Below are positions 24,133 to 37,180 of a stretch of DNA of 64,000 nt, one piece after another (the first letter of the stretch is position 1; each line of letters begins with the position of its first letter). Under the pieces are notes generated by a model. That model searched no databases. It was not told the DNA's origin and was given only the letters and a program-made list of their open reading frames with translations. The position numbers were made by a program, and so were the translations under genes. The DNA is from Lytechinus pictus (taxonomy: Eukaryota): contig NC_087246.1 of NCBI RefSeq assembly GCF_037042905.1, positions 55,738,001 to 55,802,000 of the forward strand, read 5' to 3'.

Positions 24133-24733
24133 TATATAGGCCTAAAATCAAACCATTAGTGTTATTCTGCCACCCAACCCTATCGTTCTTCTATCACAAA
24201 ATTCCAAGTAATCTCATAATGGTGACCTATATAGTGCTGACACAGCAAAGTGAGTTCTAGGAAAATCATATCAATCATTTCTTTTCATAAATACAGAACA
24301 TGTCACCCACACCAGTAAACACACTCTACGTTATTGAAAACATTAGAAGTAAAAATCGATATGTTTCAGTCATGCTGTATACATTACACAGCACTTGCTT
24401 GCATTATTTTATATTATATTATAAGAAATCATTGTGAATCCACACCCTATCACCTGTGAAAACACGATTCTTGAGATATAAATTGAAAATATACCTGGCA
24501 TTTCATTAACTAAGTTAAAGTCACTGTGGAATACTTTTTAAAGGATTATGAAATATTCAATTGAAATCTGTAAATCAAGGTGCTTTTAGGAAGAATCATA
24601 ACACATTAGTCTCTAAACAAATCATGTCTCCTGTCAAGAGATGATTTTGCAGTTGATTATAGAGGCAATCTTGGTGAATCATTCCATGGTGCAATAATCG
24701 GCAAGCCTTGTGATTGGTGCAAACGTGTCAAGG

Positions 24734-24878
24734 ACCCTGTTTCATAAAACTTATTATTAATTACAAATGCTAGAATCTATGACAAATCTGATGTCAGCCA
24801 ATCAAATGACAGCACATCAACAACTAACATTGGTAACTAGCGACTTGTCATTGATAATTAGTCTTATGAAACGGAGCC
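24734..24878. mobile_element. Old short MITE with central CCAAT box
   Basis: gaccctgtttcataaaact ... agtcttatgaaacggagcc, aag on both sides, cagccaatca inside; ends about 30 bp from the exon F donor. Confidence 0.6.
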
Positions 24879-24909
24879 AAGTTTTGTGGAAAAGGGAGAC
24901 TTGCATTAC

Positions 24910-24960
24910 CTGCTGGACTTCATGGGCTAGGTCTTCATTACTATCACTGATGGACGAATC
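24910..24960 (-). CDS. sowah: Sowah-like gene, small exon F (17 aa: DSSISDSNEDLAHEVQQ)
   Basis: ttaacag|GAT acceptor (weak pyrimidine tract), CAG|gtaatg donor, 51 nt, phase 0/0. Acidic/Ser composition fits the region before the SOWAH ankyrin module. Confidence 0.6.
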
Positions 24961-27824
24961 CTGTTAATTCAAGGGACTTTATCAATTAGAGTCAGGACAT
25001 TCATACTGATGAAAAAATCATGGGTTTTGTAAACTTTAAACCTTTTCACATCATTATTCATTCATATACCATAAATGTAAACTAGTAATGTGACTGTTTG
25101 TTTAGTTATTGTTTGGGTTGCTATGGTGGTTGTCATTGTTGCTACTGATGACATTGTTGTTATTACTTATTATCATATTGCTCAAATTACTGCTGGTGCT
25201 TTTGAAAGATTAACGGCAATTGCCAAGTATTGTAGTTGAGTTTTGTAATGTACATGTGTGCTTACAAGAAAACATGAATTCAAGTAACATGCTGGCAGAA
25301 AAAACATTAGACATACAATGAGAAAACAGTTATTCTATCAAATATGAATGAAGAATTTGGTAACAATCATTTAATACAATGAGAAGACACTTCATAACTA
25401 TGAAAGGAATTGGAAAGTGACATTCTTCACCAAAAGCAAAAAAAAAGGTTCATCTTTTCAGGAACACACACTTCAAAGAACTTCTGACCCCTAACAGTCA
25501 AAGTCGTTCTGACGTAAAAGGTAAAAATGATAACTCTTTCCTCATTCCACAATCTACCTCTTGATACAATTCACTTGAAAAACAGTTAAAATCAATCATT
25601 ACACATCAATTCCATCTAAGAGAGACACAACAAGATATTGAATCAGTCTAAAGCTCTTAAACTGGTCTCTAAATCACAATTCTAAGTATTCTGTTTACAG
25701 CAAATCAATTCAAGCAAGCATAATTTTAACAAAAGACTCAGCCGTTTCTGAAAGCCAATCTGAATAGTAGAAGTGATTCTTTTTAATCAACAAGAGGCAA
25801 TGATCTTCCTGGCTCCACATTAAGGCTATTTAAACTGATATGACTGCAGGACCTACATCACAGACTTATATTCTGTAAGACCTTAGTAGACAATCATAAT
25901 AGAATGGAGTACTTGAGGAAACAGAGAATTAAGCCAGTGAATACCGAGTAATCTTAAAATTTGTCTTAATCTCTCTTAAAATCAATATAAAACACAAACT
26001 GAAGTAGTAATTTCTACTCCACAATATATAACCCAAATTTTCCTTGCATTTTCTGGAGATGGGGAATGGTTTGGGGTTGACTGATGTGATATAAGATTCT
26101 ATAACACTGCTCAATATGAGGTTAATAATTTCTTTTCAACACAGGAGACTATCCAGCAGAGTTTGAAGAACTGAAGTTATCGTTGCATATTAAGTCTCAT
26201 TTTATCTCACTGTTATATATCAATAACGTAGGCACAGGATCATTTCTATCAAGGTATCAAATTCCATTTGCCCCCCCCCCCCCCATGCATAGATCTGCAT
26301 TGGCCACTCTTCATCCAGGAACCCATATGCAGATGGGACCCAAAAACAAAACAAGTACATGAAATAATGATAATGGCACCAAAACTGGGAACCAAGTCTT
26401 GGCAGCTGAGCCATTATGTAAGGCTCAAGCTAAATGGGGATACACATTAGGTACATAATGTGATTATGGTTTGTTTCTACCCACATGATTTGAGCATGGA
26501 GTGGTGGTGTAGTATAATCGAGTTCGTAGTTCTATAAGTTGAGAATTAACTCTCCCTATAACCCCCCCCCACCCCCCCCCCAAAAAAAAAGAATTGATAT
26601 TTATGATCAGAGTAGAATAAAATTTAAAGTAAGCCCTATGCATTCTTGTGACCCAAATGTAAACAGTCTAAGCAAGGTCAAAGAAACTGATATCATAAAC
26701 AATCACCCCCTAAAAGTAATAACACATAAATAAATAGACAATGAATAAATCAAATAAGAATGATAGAAGTCTTTACTGGCATTAATAATGATGAAGCCCA
26801 TAAAAGTATGATCACTGTGTTCAGATCTAAGTAAGATCTGTAGAAGACAATGACTATTCAAAATCACATGCCATACCATTTCACAATTTACACATTTTAT
26901 CAACTTGAAGTTCACTCAGCGAAATATCTTCTTGATGAAATTATGACCACAACTCACCCATACAAATGATTCATTACATGTACATAACATTATACATATA
27001 TTTCTGGTTACTAACATCCAACTCATATTGTATTCAATCCAAGAATTAGATGGAACTCGTCTTGGCAAACACAACAAAGGGATTTGAAAAAGAAATATGT
27101 ATGTTAGATGCAGAAAAAGGAATTGCTAAATAAAAGAATGAAAGAAATTGAACAGAAAATGGGAATTTAAAGCTGTGTAATCACATAAGATTAAAAGCTC
27201 AAGCATGTTCATCTTAGTAAGAATAGTGTGTGGGCTCAATAAAAACTATTCATCACTCTCTGAGGGGGGAAGATAAGGACCATTGTAGGGTGCTTTTAAC
27301 AGGACTGGGGCTATTGTCTGACCGGTCTGAGTGGGGGGTTTAGACTCCCTGCTGACCGATACACCTCTAAAATCTATTCTAAATCAGAAAATAAGAATAA
27401 TTCTACTAAGGTAAAGAACCTGCTTGAAATAGACCGGATTTCATTCCAAGAGGAAGGGGCGGAAATGCGAAAAACAAGAAATCATTGAAGAGAACAAGTG
27501 GGATATGTCTTACTAAGATATCAAAATGTTTCTAAGAAGTTAAACACTTCAATGATTATATACATTTCAATTGAAAAGCAGAATAAATGTGGAATACATT
27601 TTAATATCAAAGAGAAAATCTTTGAACATATCCAATCAATAAACTACTGAAAATTTACTTAATATTCAAGTCATTTTTTTTCAATTGAAACAGAAATATT
27701 CAAGTCCCAACTGAAAACTTATTTGATCTCCCATTAACAGTTTAATAGTGTGTTTATTCAGGAGAATTAAAAATTCTATTCTTTTCCATTTTCTATTATT
27801 GTTTGTGTGTGTGTTTATTTTCTT

Positions 27825-27883
27825 GAAGCGCCATGAGCACCGAAAGGTGGACCTGTGCGCTATATAAGTAACCACCATTATTA
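27825..27883 (+). mobile_element. L2/SINE-type 3' tail fragment
   Basis: gaagcgccatgagcaccgaaaggtggacctgtgcgctatataagt...cattatta matches the typical L2-derived tail (AAGCGCnnnGAG...GCGCTATATAA + (TTA)n). Confidence 0.65.
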
Positions 27884-30196
27884 ATTGAACACCACTAAAT
27901 TTACCATTCTGGCCAAATTATGAACAATGATGTGCAATTCTAAATACACTCATGCAAATGTATGCAAAGCTCCAACCCAGAGGGTACAATGTGAAGAATA
28001 CAAAATATGCATACCCAAAATAGCCAGAAATACATAGGGGAGAAGTAAAAAGTAGTGAAATATAAGAATTTTCCATCTAAATATAGTTGATAATTTAATA
28101 ATTCTTCACTTTGATATGAACAAGTGGTGAACTTTGACAGGTCATACTACAAGAAATCCTTTAGAAGATGACACTTTGTGTCAAAACACATTATCAATAA
28201 GAAGCAGAGATATCCAGAGAGACTTTTGACTAACGGTTACCACACACTGCTTTTTGGATTGGTGATTAGTAGATATAGCCTCTTAACAACCTACAATCTG
28301 AGCCAAATACCATTACGCCTTTCACCACAAAGAATTGTTTCCAGTAAACAAGCATTAGAAGAAAACACAAACTCTTTTCTTCTTTTTGATTTACTGGAGA
28401 ATTCTTTCTCCTCATCCCTCCCCCTGCTAAGTACCCCTCCACCTCCTATCCATTGGGGCACTCCATTAAAAGGATTAATCAATGGTCACCGGGGCACCAT
28501 GGTCATTGACAAAGTTTCTAATGATGTCCAGGGACACTAATGGTCAGTTTGAAGGGGTCATTCTGAAATAATCACTTGGGATAAATTCACACTGGTCATT
28601 TTTTCTCTCTATACTTTAGGTTAAGAATCATAGAAGAGTGTGAGGAGATATTTCATTTGATTCATATACAAAAAAAATTATACAAACAAAATGAGTGTGA
28701 ATGACTTAGTGCTCTGGATTCTTTTTTCTTTTTTTTTTAATTCTCCAAAGTTTGTCAAGGTCATACAAGAGATTGAGGAGCAACTAACGCTGCCATCTAC
28801 AAATCCCTGGTGTTTACAAGAGCGCAGTTGCAATGCCATCAACACCTACATGTATTCTGTATCAATAACTTAATGATTCATTGATCTTGTCATGTTATGA
28901 AGGCTGAGCAATAAGGATGGCACAAACCTTAAGGGATCTGTACAGAAAGATAAAGCCTTGATTCTGGAAGGATCTTCAAAGTCAAAATCAGTTTTCAAAC
29001 TAGTCAATGTGAAAGACTCCTTCTCTTCCCCACCTTCTATTGTCTGCCGTAGACCATCCCAAATCACTACCTGTCTTCCAGGTCCAGTGTAATAAATGAT
29101 CAGCCGATTTACAAGCCCCTTTCCTATTCATCAACATCCATCCATCAAACCAAATACAATCCAATTCCTTATCTGCTCCAGAAGAACTATTGCAAAGATT
29201 AATGACCACATTCCCAAATACTGTTTTTTCTGTTAAGATCATAATGACTTCATTGACGACACGAACACTTGAAGAAATGCCTTCCACGACATCTCCCGAT
29301 TCCTTGTTCCTGTCTTTCCCATTCTTTCTCCGATCTCTTACACCCTTAAAACCCAAACACAACACAAACGAACCTAATGATAATCACTGCAGCCACACTT
29401 GAATGCGGGATGGGCACCCATTTTTCTTCTTTTCACCGGTCGTGTAGAGACACTAATGATGATTACAGAATAATTTGGATTAGGTGTAGCTAATACCTTT
29501 GGTCTCCGCCAGGGCAAATTATGCAGTTCAACTATAGAGGCAAGCAAGATTTATGATATTGCCTGTCTGATACTTTGGTCATATATTACTTGTTCCAGGA
29601 CTGAGAGGGGGAGGTAGAAAGGCCGAGATACAAGGCGTGAAAAGCTAAAGCAAAATTTGGTGAAAAACCGCAGAAATGGGAGACAACTCAGTTCAATAAA
29701 GCAGAAAATAAGTAAGAATGGAGAAACAAGGCGAGGTTCTAAAAATATTGATACAGACACAACTGCATTTTGATGGAGGAAAAATTGAAAAATGTAAATA
29801 AAATTCTAAACCAGAAAAAATGTTAGTGATGATTTGAATGATATATATTACAGTGTTGTCAGTACCATTTTTCTAAAAATCAGTATAAAAAAAAAATTTC
29901 TCCCTTGAAAAAGAAAGGTTTCAAAATCTCAAAGAAATTCCTTCCATAATGAGGGCTTTAGTTACAATTTTTATTCCTGATAATGTGCTAAGGAAGCATG
30001 GAAAGTGTATATTAGCAGCACAGCATGAACCATGTGAATCAAGTGTGAATCTCTAAGGATGGTAAACAATGTAGATCTCAACCATATATTGTGTTAAAAT
30101 ATTATGATCAATTGAAAAGTTAAATTCTCTTTCTCAACCTGAATCAAACGTTTCCTTCTCCCAACTCTCTAGATTAATTATAAGCTGGGCTAAGCT

Positions 30197-30680
30197 GGGC
30201 AAGGTGGCTCAGTGGTTAGCACACCCATCACATGAACAGGGGGTTGTGGTTTCAATCCCTGGCAGAATCATTCAAAAGACATTTAAAAAGGGTACCTTGC
30301 CAGGTGCTTGGTGTATAAGAATAGAAAATGATAATAATATATTATCTTAAGCAGGGCCTGCTGGAAGAACAGCTCACTGCTGAAAGAGACAATCCTAGCC
30401 GCCCTTTCACACAATAAAAAATTGTAATTTGACTAATGATTCCAGTGAAAAATAAGGCGAATGACAGATTTTTAGCACATGTGAAACCAAACTAGAATCA
30501 CGCACGCTAATCACAATAACGAATTCAAATTTTACTCCAGAGGTGAATTCCAGTCAAGTTTCACTCAAATTAAGGGAAGAATTTTCCATGTGAAAGGTCC
30601 GGTGATTCTAAAGACGAAATGCAATCATCGTTACAATGATGATTCAAGATTCACGTGTGAAAAGGCCCTAGGTTAATCAG
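30197..30680 (+). mobile_element. tRNA-derived SINE interrupted near its 3' end by a MITE
   Basis: Pol III A box tggctcagtgg (30205-30215), B-box-like ggtttcaatcc (30248-30258), tail agggcctgctggaagaacagc...cctag|gttaa related to the 4557 and 59140 copies. Confidence 0.7.
30399..30668. mobile_element. MITE inserted in the SINE tail, TAG TSD
   Basis: gccctttcacac ... gtgtgaaaaggcc; tag at 30396-30398 and 30669-30671; internal tgtgaaa repeats. Confidence 0.75.
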
Positions 30681-33600
30681 AGTTATATTCATTATTGCTA
30701 TCATTATCAATTATTGACAGATAAATTAAAAGAAATAATTTCTTATATATTTTGTGTGACACCAAGGAGGCAAGGACTATAATACAATGGCCAATGAAGC
30801 ACCGCTGGTATCAACGGGTGAAGAAATGTTCACCAACAAAATGTATCATCATGCCACTCTGTCCAACATCACCTTTTCATTTTGAAATACCACCAAAACA
30901 TTTAGGACCACCATGGTAATTTGGTTCTATAATGTGCTAAATTTCACAAGCCCAGTAAACTTTAGCAAGATTCTTTACAATAAAATAACAAGAGGCATTT
31001 TTAGGGTCTTTCTGACTGACAGAGTATGGCCGTGTCTTACACGCAGCTACCCTGAAGAGAGTTTTGAAGTGTTTACAGCATTTCAGAAGCATCAAGCACA
31101 TCTGGACCACCCCTGCACCACTTGATCATGAAAAGAGAGGTCTGAATGGAAATTGGAAAAACACAAATCTTAAGATTTTGTACATAAAAGGAAGGAATTC
31201 AATTGAATTCAATTTCCAGAGCAGGACAAGTTTTATTTGGTACTATTGGTTCTTTGATCACGGGAAAAACACTCCTCAACACGGTCCTGTGAATAGGTTA
31301 TGGTGCATTATCGGACATCTGCATTTCAATTAAGAATTTTTTATATCTTTTTCTCAGCAAGTAACTGGCAGAGGTTAAACCGGTAGAGTGGGATAAGGAG
31401 GTTGTAAATATATTGATATCAAGGGGAAATGAAAGTGACGAACGAGTGAGAACATTTGCAAAAGGGAGGAAATAGTTTCCATCCTTTCCCCATTTAACAA
31501 AGAAACGTCACACATCTCGAAGGCCTTCTTATTTGAACCTTCGCTTAACCGTGGGTGACATAATCTTTTCCTTGCCTTGTCACTCATCGACCTGGCCTTC
31601 TAAAAGCAACAAAATATTTACATCCCAAGTTGGACTAAAATCCTTTTTCTCTCACTTCTGCCTCACAATGGTAATGAGTATGTGGGCAGGCACCGCGAGG
31701 CCGATTAGAGCATGCCGCACAAAGCCCGGCTTTTACCACCATTCACGCTAGGTGCTAACCCAGGCGACAGGCAGAGACAAAGTGGCTGAGAAGGTGTGCG
31801 CGGAGCCCTGGCTTTAGAGGAGCCCGGCATGACCGATTCCAATCCACTCTCTTACTCTGAAAACTTTTCAATTTCTCCACTCTTCTGGACTTTTACCCCG
31901 CTAAAGAGGAGCTCAGACTGTTGTGACAGATTTAGAAGCTAATCCGCCTACTAATCCGTCTGTGTTGGTACAACTGAAAACAGTTAAATCCCCGCAAGAC
32001 AATGGATTGAGGAAGAAAGGAGGTATAGTGAAGAAGGGTGCAATGGAGACACCCTTAACAGGATTTAGAAACCAAAGCGGTTTGTTCCTCGTCAATTAAT
32101 CCATGTTTGTCCCCCTACTCTACTCTAAAATCGTTTCCGGTCACTCGTGTCATAATGCGTCGCTTCCATGAAATGCGTGGCACATTATTATGACAGCTCT
32201 GGTTGCACTATTTGGCCCTGTACCATGGATCAAAGGTTGAGTTGAAAACACCAAAACGCTAATCCCAGTGCCTCAACATGAAAAATAACATGCTTTCTAA
32301 CCCTGGAGAGTCCAAGTAAAGGCCTCCAAGGTACTTAGATAAAATAAAGCGGCATTCAATCTACAGTCAGCATGCATAGATTTATCTTTTTGTAGACCCT
32401 CAATAACTTAAGTTTGTTTTCATCTTCAGAAGTAGACATAAAGAAGATGATGCAAAAATACAGTTTCATTTCCATTTCAGTCAAGGAAAAAAAAGAAGAC
32501 ATGAAATAAATTTGTTGTCTCTTGGCCAGGAAACATAAATCCCAAATGTGCTTTCATGAAACTAAAAACAAGTGAGTACCATTTGACGAATGTGTGTGAT
32601 TGTGAATATGAAGCACTATACGAATAAAGAAAAGGGTCAAAGGCTCTAATGTTGGTAAAAAAAAGCTGTTAAGTAATTATTGCAGAGAGCACAATAAAAC
32701 AAACCTTCCAATTAATATGCAACTGAATTTTCAACCAATCATGAATGTGCACTTCAGACTTGCAAATTATTTTGTTTACATTGTTTAAATGCACCCCTTT
32801 CTTCAATGGTAAAATATGGGACTTGATTCCTACACGTATCTCAATTCATACCGTAGACAGGTGTACTTTTGTAAAATATCAATTCCCTTGGTATTATGGA
32901 TAATTAAAAACTATTAATAATAAAAATGAAATAACAAAATGATAAAGGGGACAGTCAATCATATCACTGTACAGTCACACGCGTGACTTTTTCAAAGAAA
33001 TCCATTATGACAGTTTTTCACACTTTCTTTGTATGGTTAAATGATTTGTTTTCTATTTTATTTGACCTCTCAGAGTTATAATCAAAGAACACAATCTTGA
33101 AAGTAAAGGTAGTGCACATGTTTTTGATACTGACAGCTGACATCTAAAAAAGAAACGAGGTGATTCCTTCATACACAAATGTAATTACATAACAGAAGAG
33201 AATTTCAAAAGGGGCAAAAGTTATGTGGGTGTAAACTGAATCCATTAATGACAATTATGTACAAAACAGCATGGTCATAAGGTATAATTTGTGGGGGAGA
33301 TTATAGGAATAAATGGGTGGAATATTCATTGTTTGAAACATTGAAATTCAAGGAAAATTGATATAGTATGAGAAGATAGCCAAATAAATATTTGGAGGAC
33401 GAAGAAATAAAATCTCAAGTAAACTAATTATACAAATAAATGATAATGGTAATCATACATTTTGATCAAATTTTATATACTGGGAGTGGTCCATCTTTTC
33501 ATGTGAAACAAATGGAATCATGTTAAAAAACAGATGGCACATTGAGGTTTCATATATTATATAAAATAACTTCCATCTATTTTAAGAAAAAATTAAAAAT

Positions 33601-34529
33601 CACTCAATTATGACCAATGAATCGAACTTCTTTCTGGTATCCATAAAAATGCTTGCAACAAACAAAAATCATCAATTATTTGAAATATTGGTTGACTGCC
33701 ATATCAATTTCCATATCAAATTCAATATTCACACACTATTAATTCCCAAGAAACAAATTTCTTTCAGTGGAGATTGTGTTTACATATTGAATGGGGGTCA
33801 AACATATTATTCTGAAAAAGGGACATTTGAGAAAACTGAATGGATTTTGTATTCATAGTATATGGACTTTATCTGCCCCATGGTGACAACTAAATAATTC
33901 ATGCCTTAATCAAATTATTGATATTAATGGTAGAGGTTTTTTGCATATGTATGTGTTTGCATCAATAGCCCATGCCAAACACCAATTCAGTCAAATAACC
34001 AAAATACAACTGGAATTATTGTAAATCATATATTTTTTTACTAATCTACTGTTAAAGGGTACAACCTGAGAGAAAAAAGTAGTTCAATAAAACATTGACA
34101 TGTTTTTAACACTTTAATATAGATATTAAAAACATACCTCTGTCCATTTGTGGCAAACCACAGTCTATCACTTATATCTATATAATCAAGAAACATCCAC
34201 GGTGGTCATGAAATCCAAAGAACTCACCCTAAACCCTACCAGAAAGATCTTTAGAAAGAAAAGAAATGAGAAATGAAAAAGAAGAAAGAGCACACGACTG
34301 GGAATGCCGTTCACCCATGTACCTCGGAATATGGGCCATTAAAGCTACTGTAATTTATATAAGTAATGAAAGAAGTTAAAACTTTGGGAAAAAAGTATTT
34401 AAAAAAAAAGGAATTTCCCGACACAGTGTGGGATAGGTGTATTTGACTACATTGAAGTAAAAATAACATGCATATCACGTGGGTATGAACACATTTGATA
34501 AAGGTAAAAACAGTGGAGATGGAATATTC

Positions 34530-35037
34530 TTGGACCCAGTTTCATATTTGATTTTTGATGATCAGACCTTTATGGTAACTACCAGTGTTATAGCTACAGT
34601 GGATGGCAGTGGTCAGGCCCAACTGGCACAGAAGATTTCTAACCACCACTTATCATGAAAAACACTGCTTGTGTTTCAAACACAACTCCTTGCAAAGAGG
34701 AGTTGCACTTGTGTTCATTTCCATCTTTAATCTTGTTTTATTTGTTCAATTTACATTAAACATCCTTATATTAGATAAATATTTCTATTTTCAAAGATTT
34801 GCTAATGTCAGATTGTTATTACATTGATGTTCCTTCACTTTTGGCTTATGACCTGTAACTGGCCTGAAAAAAAAACACTTTCAATGCCGTGAAGTAGCGA
34901 CCACCACTAAAATGGGTCGAGCTGGACACTGGTAACTACCATGGAAACCTTGATTTTTATTGACTGCTTAGCCTTTGTTAACATAGAAGTTACCATAAAT
35001 TTGCATTGTTGTAAGTCTTCATATGCAATGGGCTCCA
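34530..35037. mobile_element. Old degenerate MITE
   Basis: Ends ggacccagtttcata / tatgcaatgggctcc; internal inverted atggtaactaccagtgt / acactggtaactaccat. Confidence 0.45.
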
Positions 35038-37026
35038 TATAAATACTACTTCACTTTTTTAATTTTATCATATTATAAATTGCATAGCGTTCATATCCTT
35101 CTGTATAACAAATTCAGGAGGTTTTTCTTCATAGTTGCACAGGAAAATTACCTCAAGACAGATGTAGACTACCATAGAAATCAATCTCATTCTTTTTTTA
35201 TACAAAAAATGTTAAGACTGTCTCAAAACTTGTTCAAAAAAAAATTCAAGGAAAAACACATGCATGTAGACAAAAAAGCTGTTCACAAAAATTGAACATT
35301 GATCGATCACTAGTTGGAATTTGAGTGGAGGTAACTGACCGACCTATAATGAGGTTAACACACACACACAATCATGACTATAAGACAGACTATCATTAAT
35401 ATGGTAAATGCACATTATGACAAGTAGATAAAAGACTCCTTGTTTGTTTCTTCTTGCACCAATAACTTGATGGCAAATCCCACCAGCACTTTAGCGACCA
35501 GACTACTTTTATCTGTTTCCTTCAAGGAAATGTTCTTCACATGTAGAACATCTCGCTTAACATCAGCAGAAAGCTGTCTTCACCTAATTTACACACGCAA
35601 TCCCCAAAGATGATGAAAATGAATAGAAAAACAAAAACAACAATTGACGAAGGAAAAAATGATGAATGAGGAAGACTCGATGACCTGTCAGCCAGGATCA
35701 TTTTTCAAACATAGGGTAATCATCGGGGCTTAATCCACAAGTAAGGCACCGGGACTATTCACAATTGATATTACCTATATGGCCTTAGTCCATGAGTTAA
35801 TGAGAAATCTGTTTCTACATAAATGTTTTTGTTATGGATCCCTCTCTTGTTGAAATTCTATTGAAGGAATGACTGATAGCACAGGAATAAATCATTATCT
35901 AATCTCGGGCTGTGGGCTACCACGATACACCCGTCCACCGACGAAGAAAAGGAAGAAAAAGCTCTTACAAACGGAACAAAGGCCGGAACGACTAACATGG
36001 GGAAATTTGTCAAAAAGGGTAATGGATGGGTGCTGATGAGCGACGTTCTCAAATACAAGGGGATAATGGGATGGTTATGACAAGCAAAAGTCATAAATTG
36101 TACAAGTTTATTAATGTGATGCACTCTTCAATGCTTTATTTCTTCAAAGGTGTCATTGTACACATGTCATTTTCAGTTTCTTTCTTTGCTCTCAAAAGGT
36201 AATCCTTATTCAAAACTCTGTTCAAAGATATTATATAAAGGGAATTGACCTGAGGTTTAAGATAATCTAGAATTTACCATAAACCAATTAATGCAGGAAA
36301 CGTTTGCAGCATCATTACGCTACCTTTGAGTATTTTATGCAGTGTTTCCCACCCTAAATATCATGGGAAACGAAAATGAACAAGAAAGAACAAAAAAATG
36401 GGGGAAAAAGGATTCAAATGAAGTAATAAATATCCAAGTCACATCAACGAAAAGCCATAGAACCATTGTAAAGCTGATTTAACTTCTTTTCCATTTTTCT
36501 GAAGTATAACAATTTTACGGAATTTCCAGTCATGTTTTGGTGTGTGGAAATATGGACGAGAATGTATCCCACAATGTTAGAAACTAAGACCAGGAAGAAG
36601 GAAGAAAATCAAAAAATTTGATCTCCTATCTAAATCTCAGTTTCAGCTTAGTTCATTCCACATATTTTTATCTTTTATTTTCTGTATCAGAAAACACATC
36701 AGAAAATGCAATATGAATCAATATTCCTTCAACAATATTTGATAACATATCCATTCCAATCTTTTGCAACCTGCTGCATCAGAACTGCATGTATACAATA
36801 TCCATACTGGTGGATATGAGAGTAATGTAGTGAGACACCATATCCACAAAAATCTTCAAGGTAAAGGTGTATATTTGTTGTAAAGTATGTTGTCCCTTGG
36901 TATAGAGGAGATTGCTAATTGTAAAAGGTAAATGGAAAAGAAAAATCAACGTTAAGACCCATAGGTCATCTGGATCATCTGGACGTAGAACAAAAGATGA
37001 AGATGTGGCAAATTAACACTAGATTC

Positions 37027-37180
37027 CAGGGGCCTGTTGCAGAAAGTCTCGCAATCAAACGCAACTCTGAAAATCATTCACGACTTGATTTTCAACCAAT
37101 CAAGAGCGTGCATTCGGGACTTACACTTGATCTTTTTTTACTTGAGTTTAACCACAACTCTTTCTGCAACCGGGCCCCTG
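37027..37180. mobile_element. Short MITE with central CCAAT box (Harbinger-like)
   Basis: caggggcctgttgcagaaag ... ctttctgcaaccgggcccctg; aaccaatca near 37094. Confidence 0.85.

Noticed and set aside
28870-29402. Overlapping ORFs with protein-like composition as extra Sowah exons
   Set aside because: Candidate donors are not phase 0, acceptors are poor, and no homology was recognised.
30200-30270. tRNA gene
   Set aside because: A/B boxes are present but there is no cloverleaf, and it continues into a SINE body and tail.
34138-34164. 27-nt phase-0 microexon candidate (TVVCHKWTE)
   Set aside because: The acceptor lacks a pyrimidine tract, and the composition is unlike neighbouring exons.
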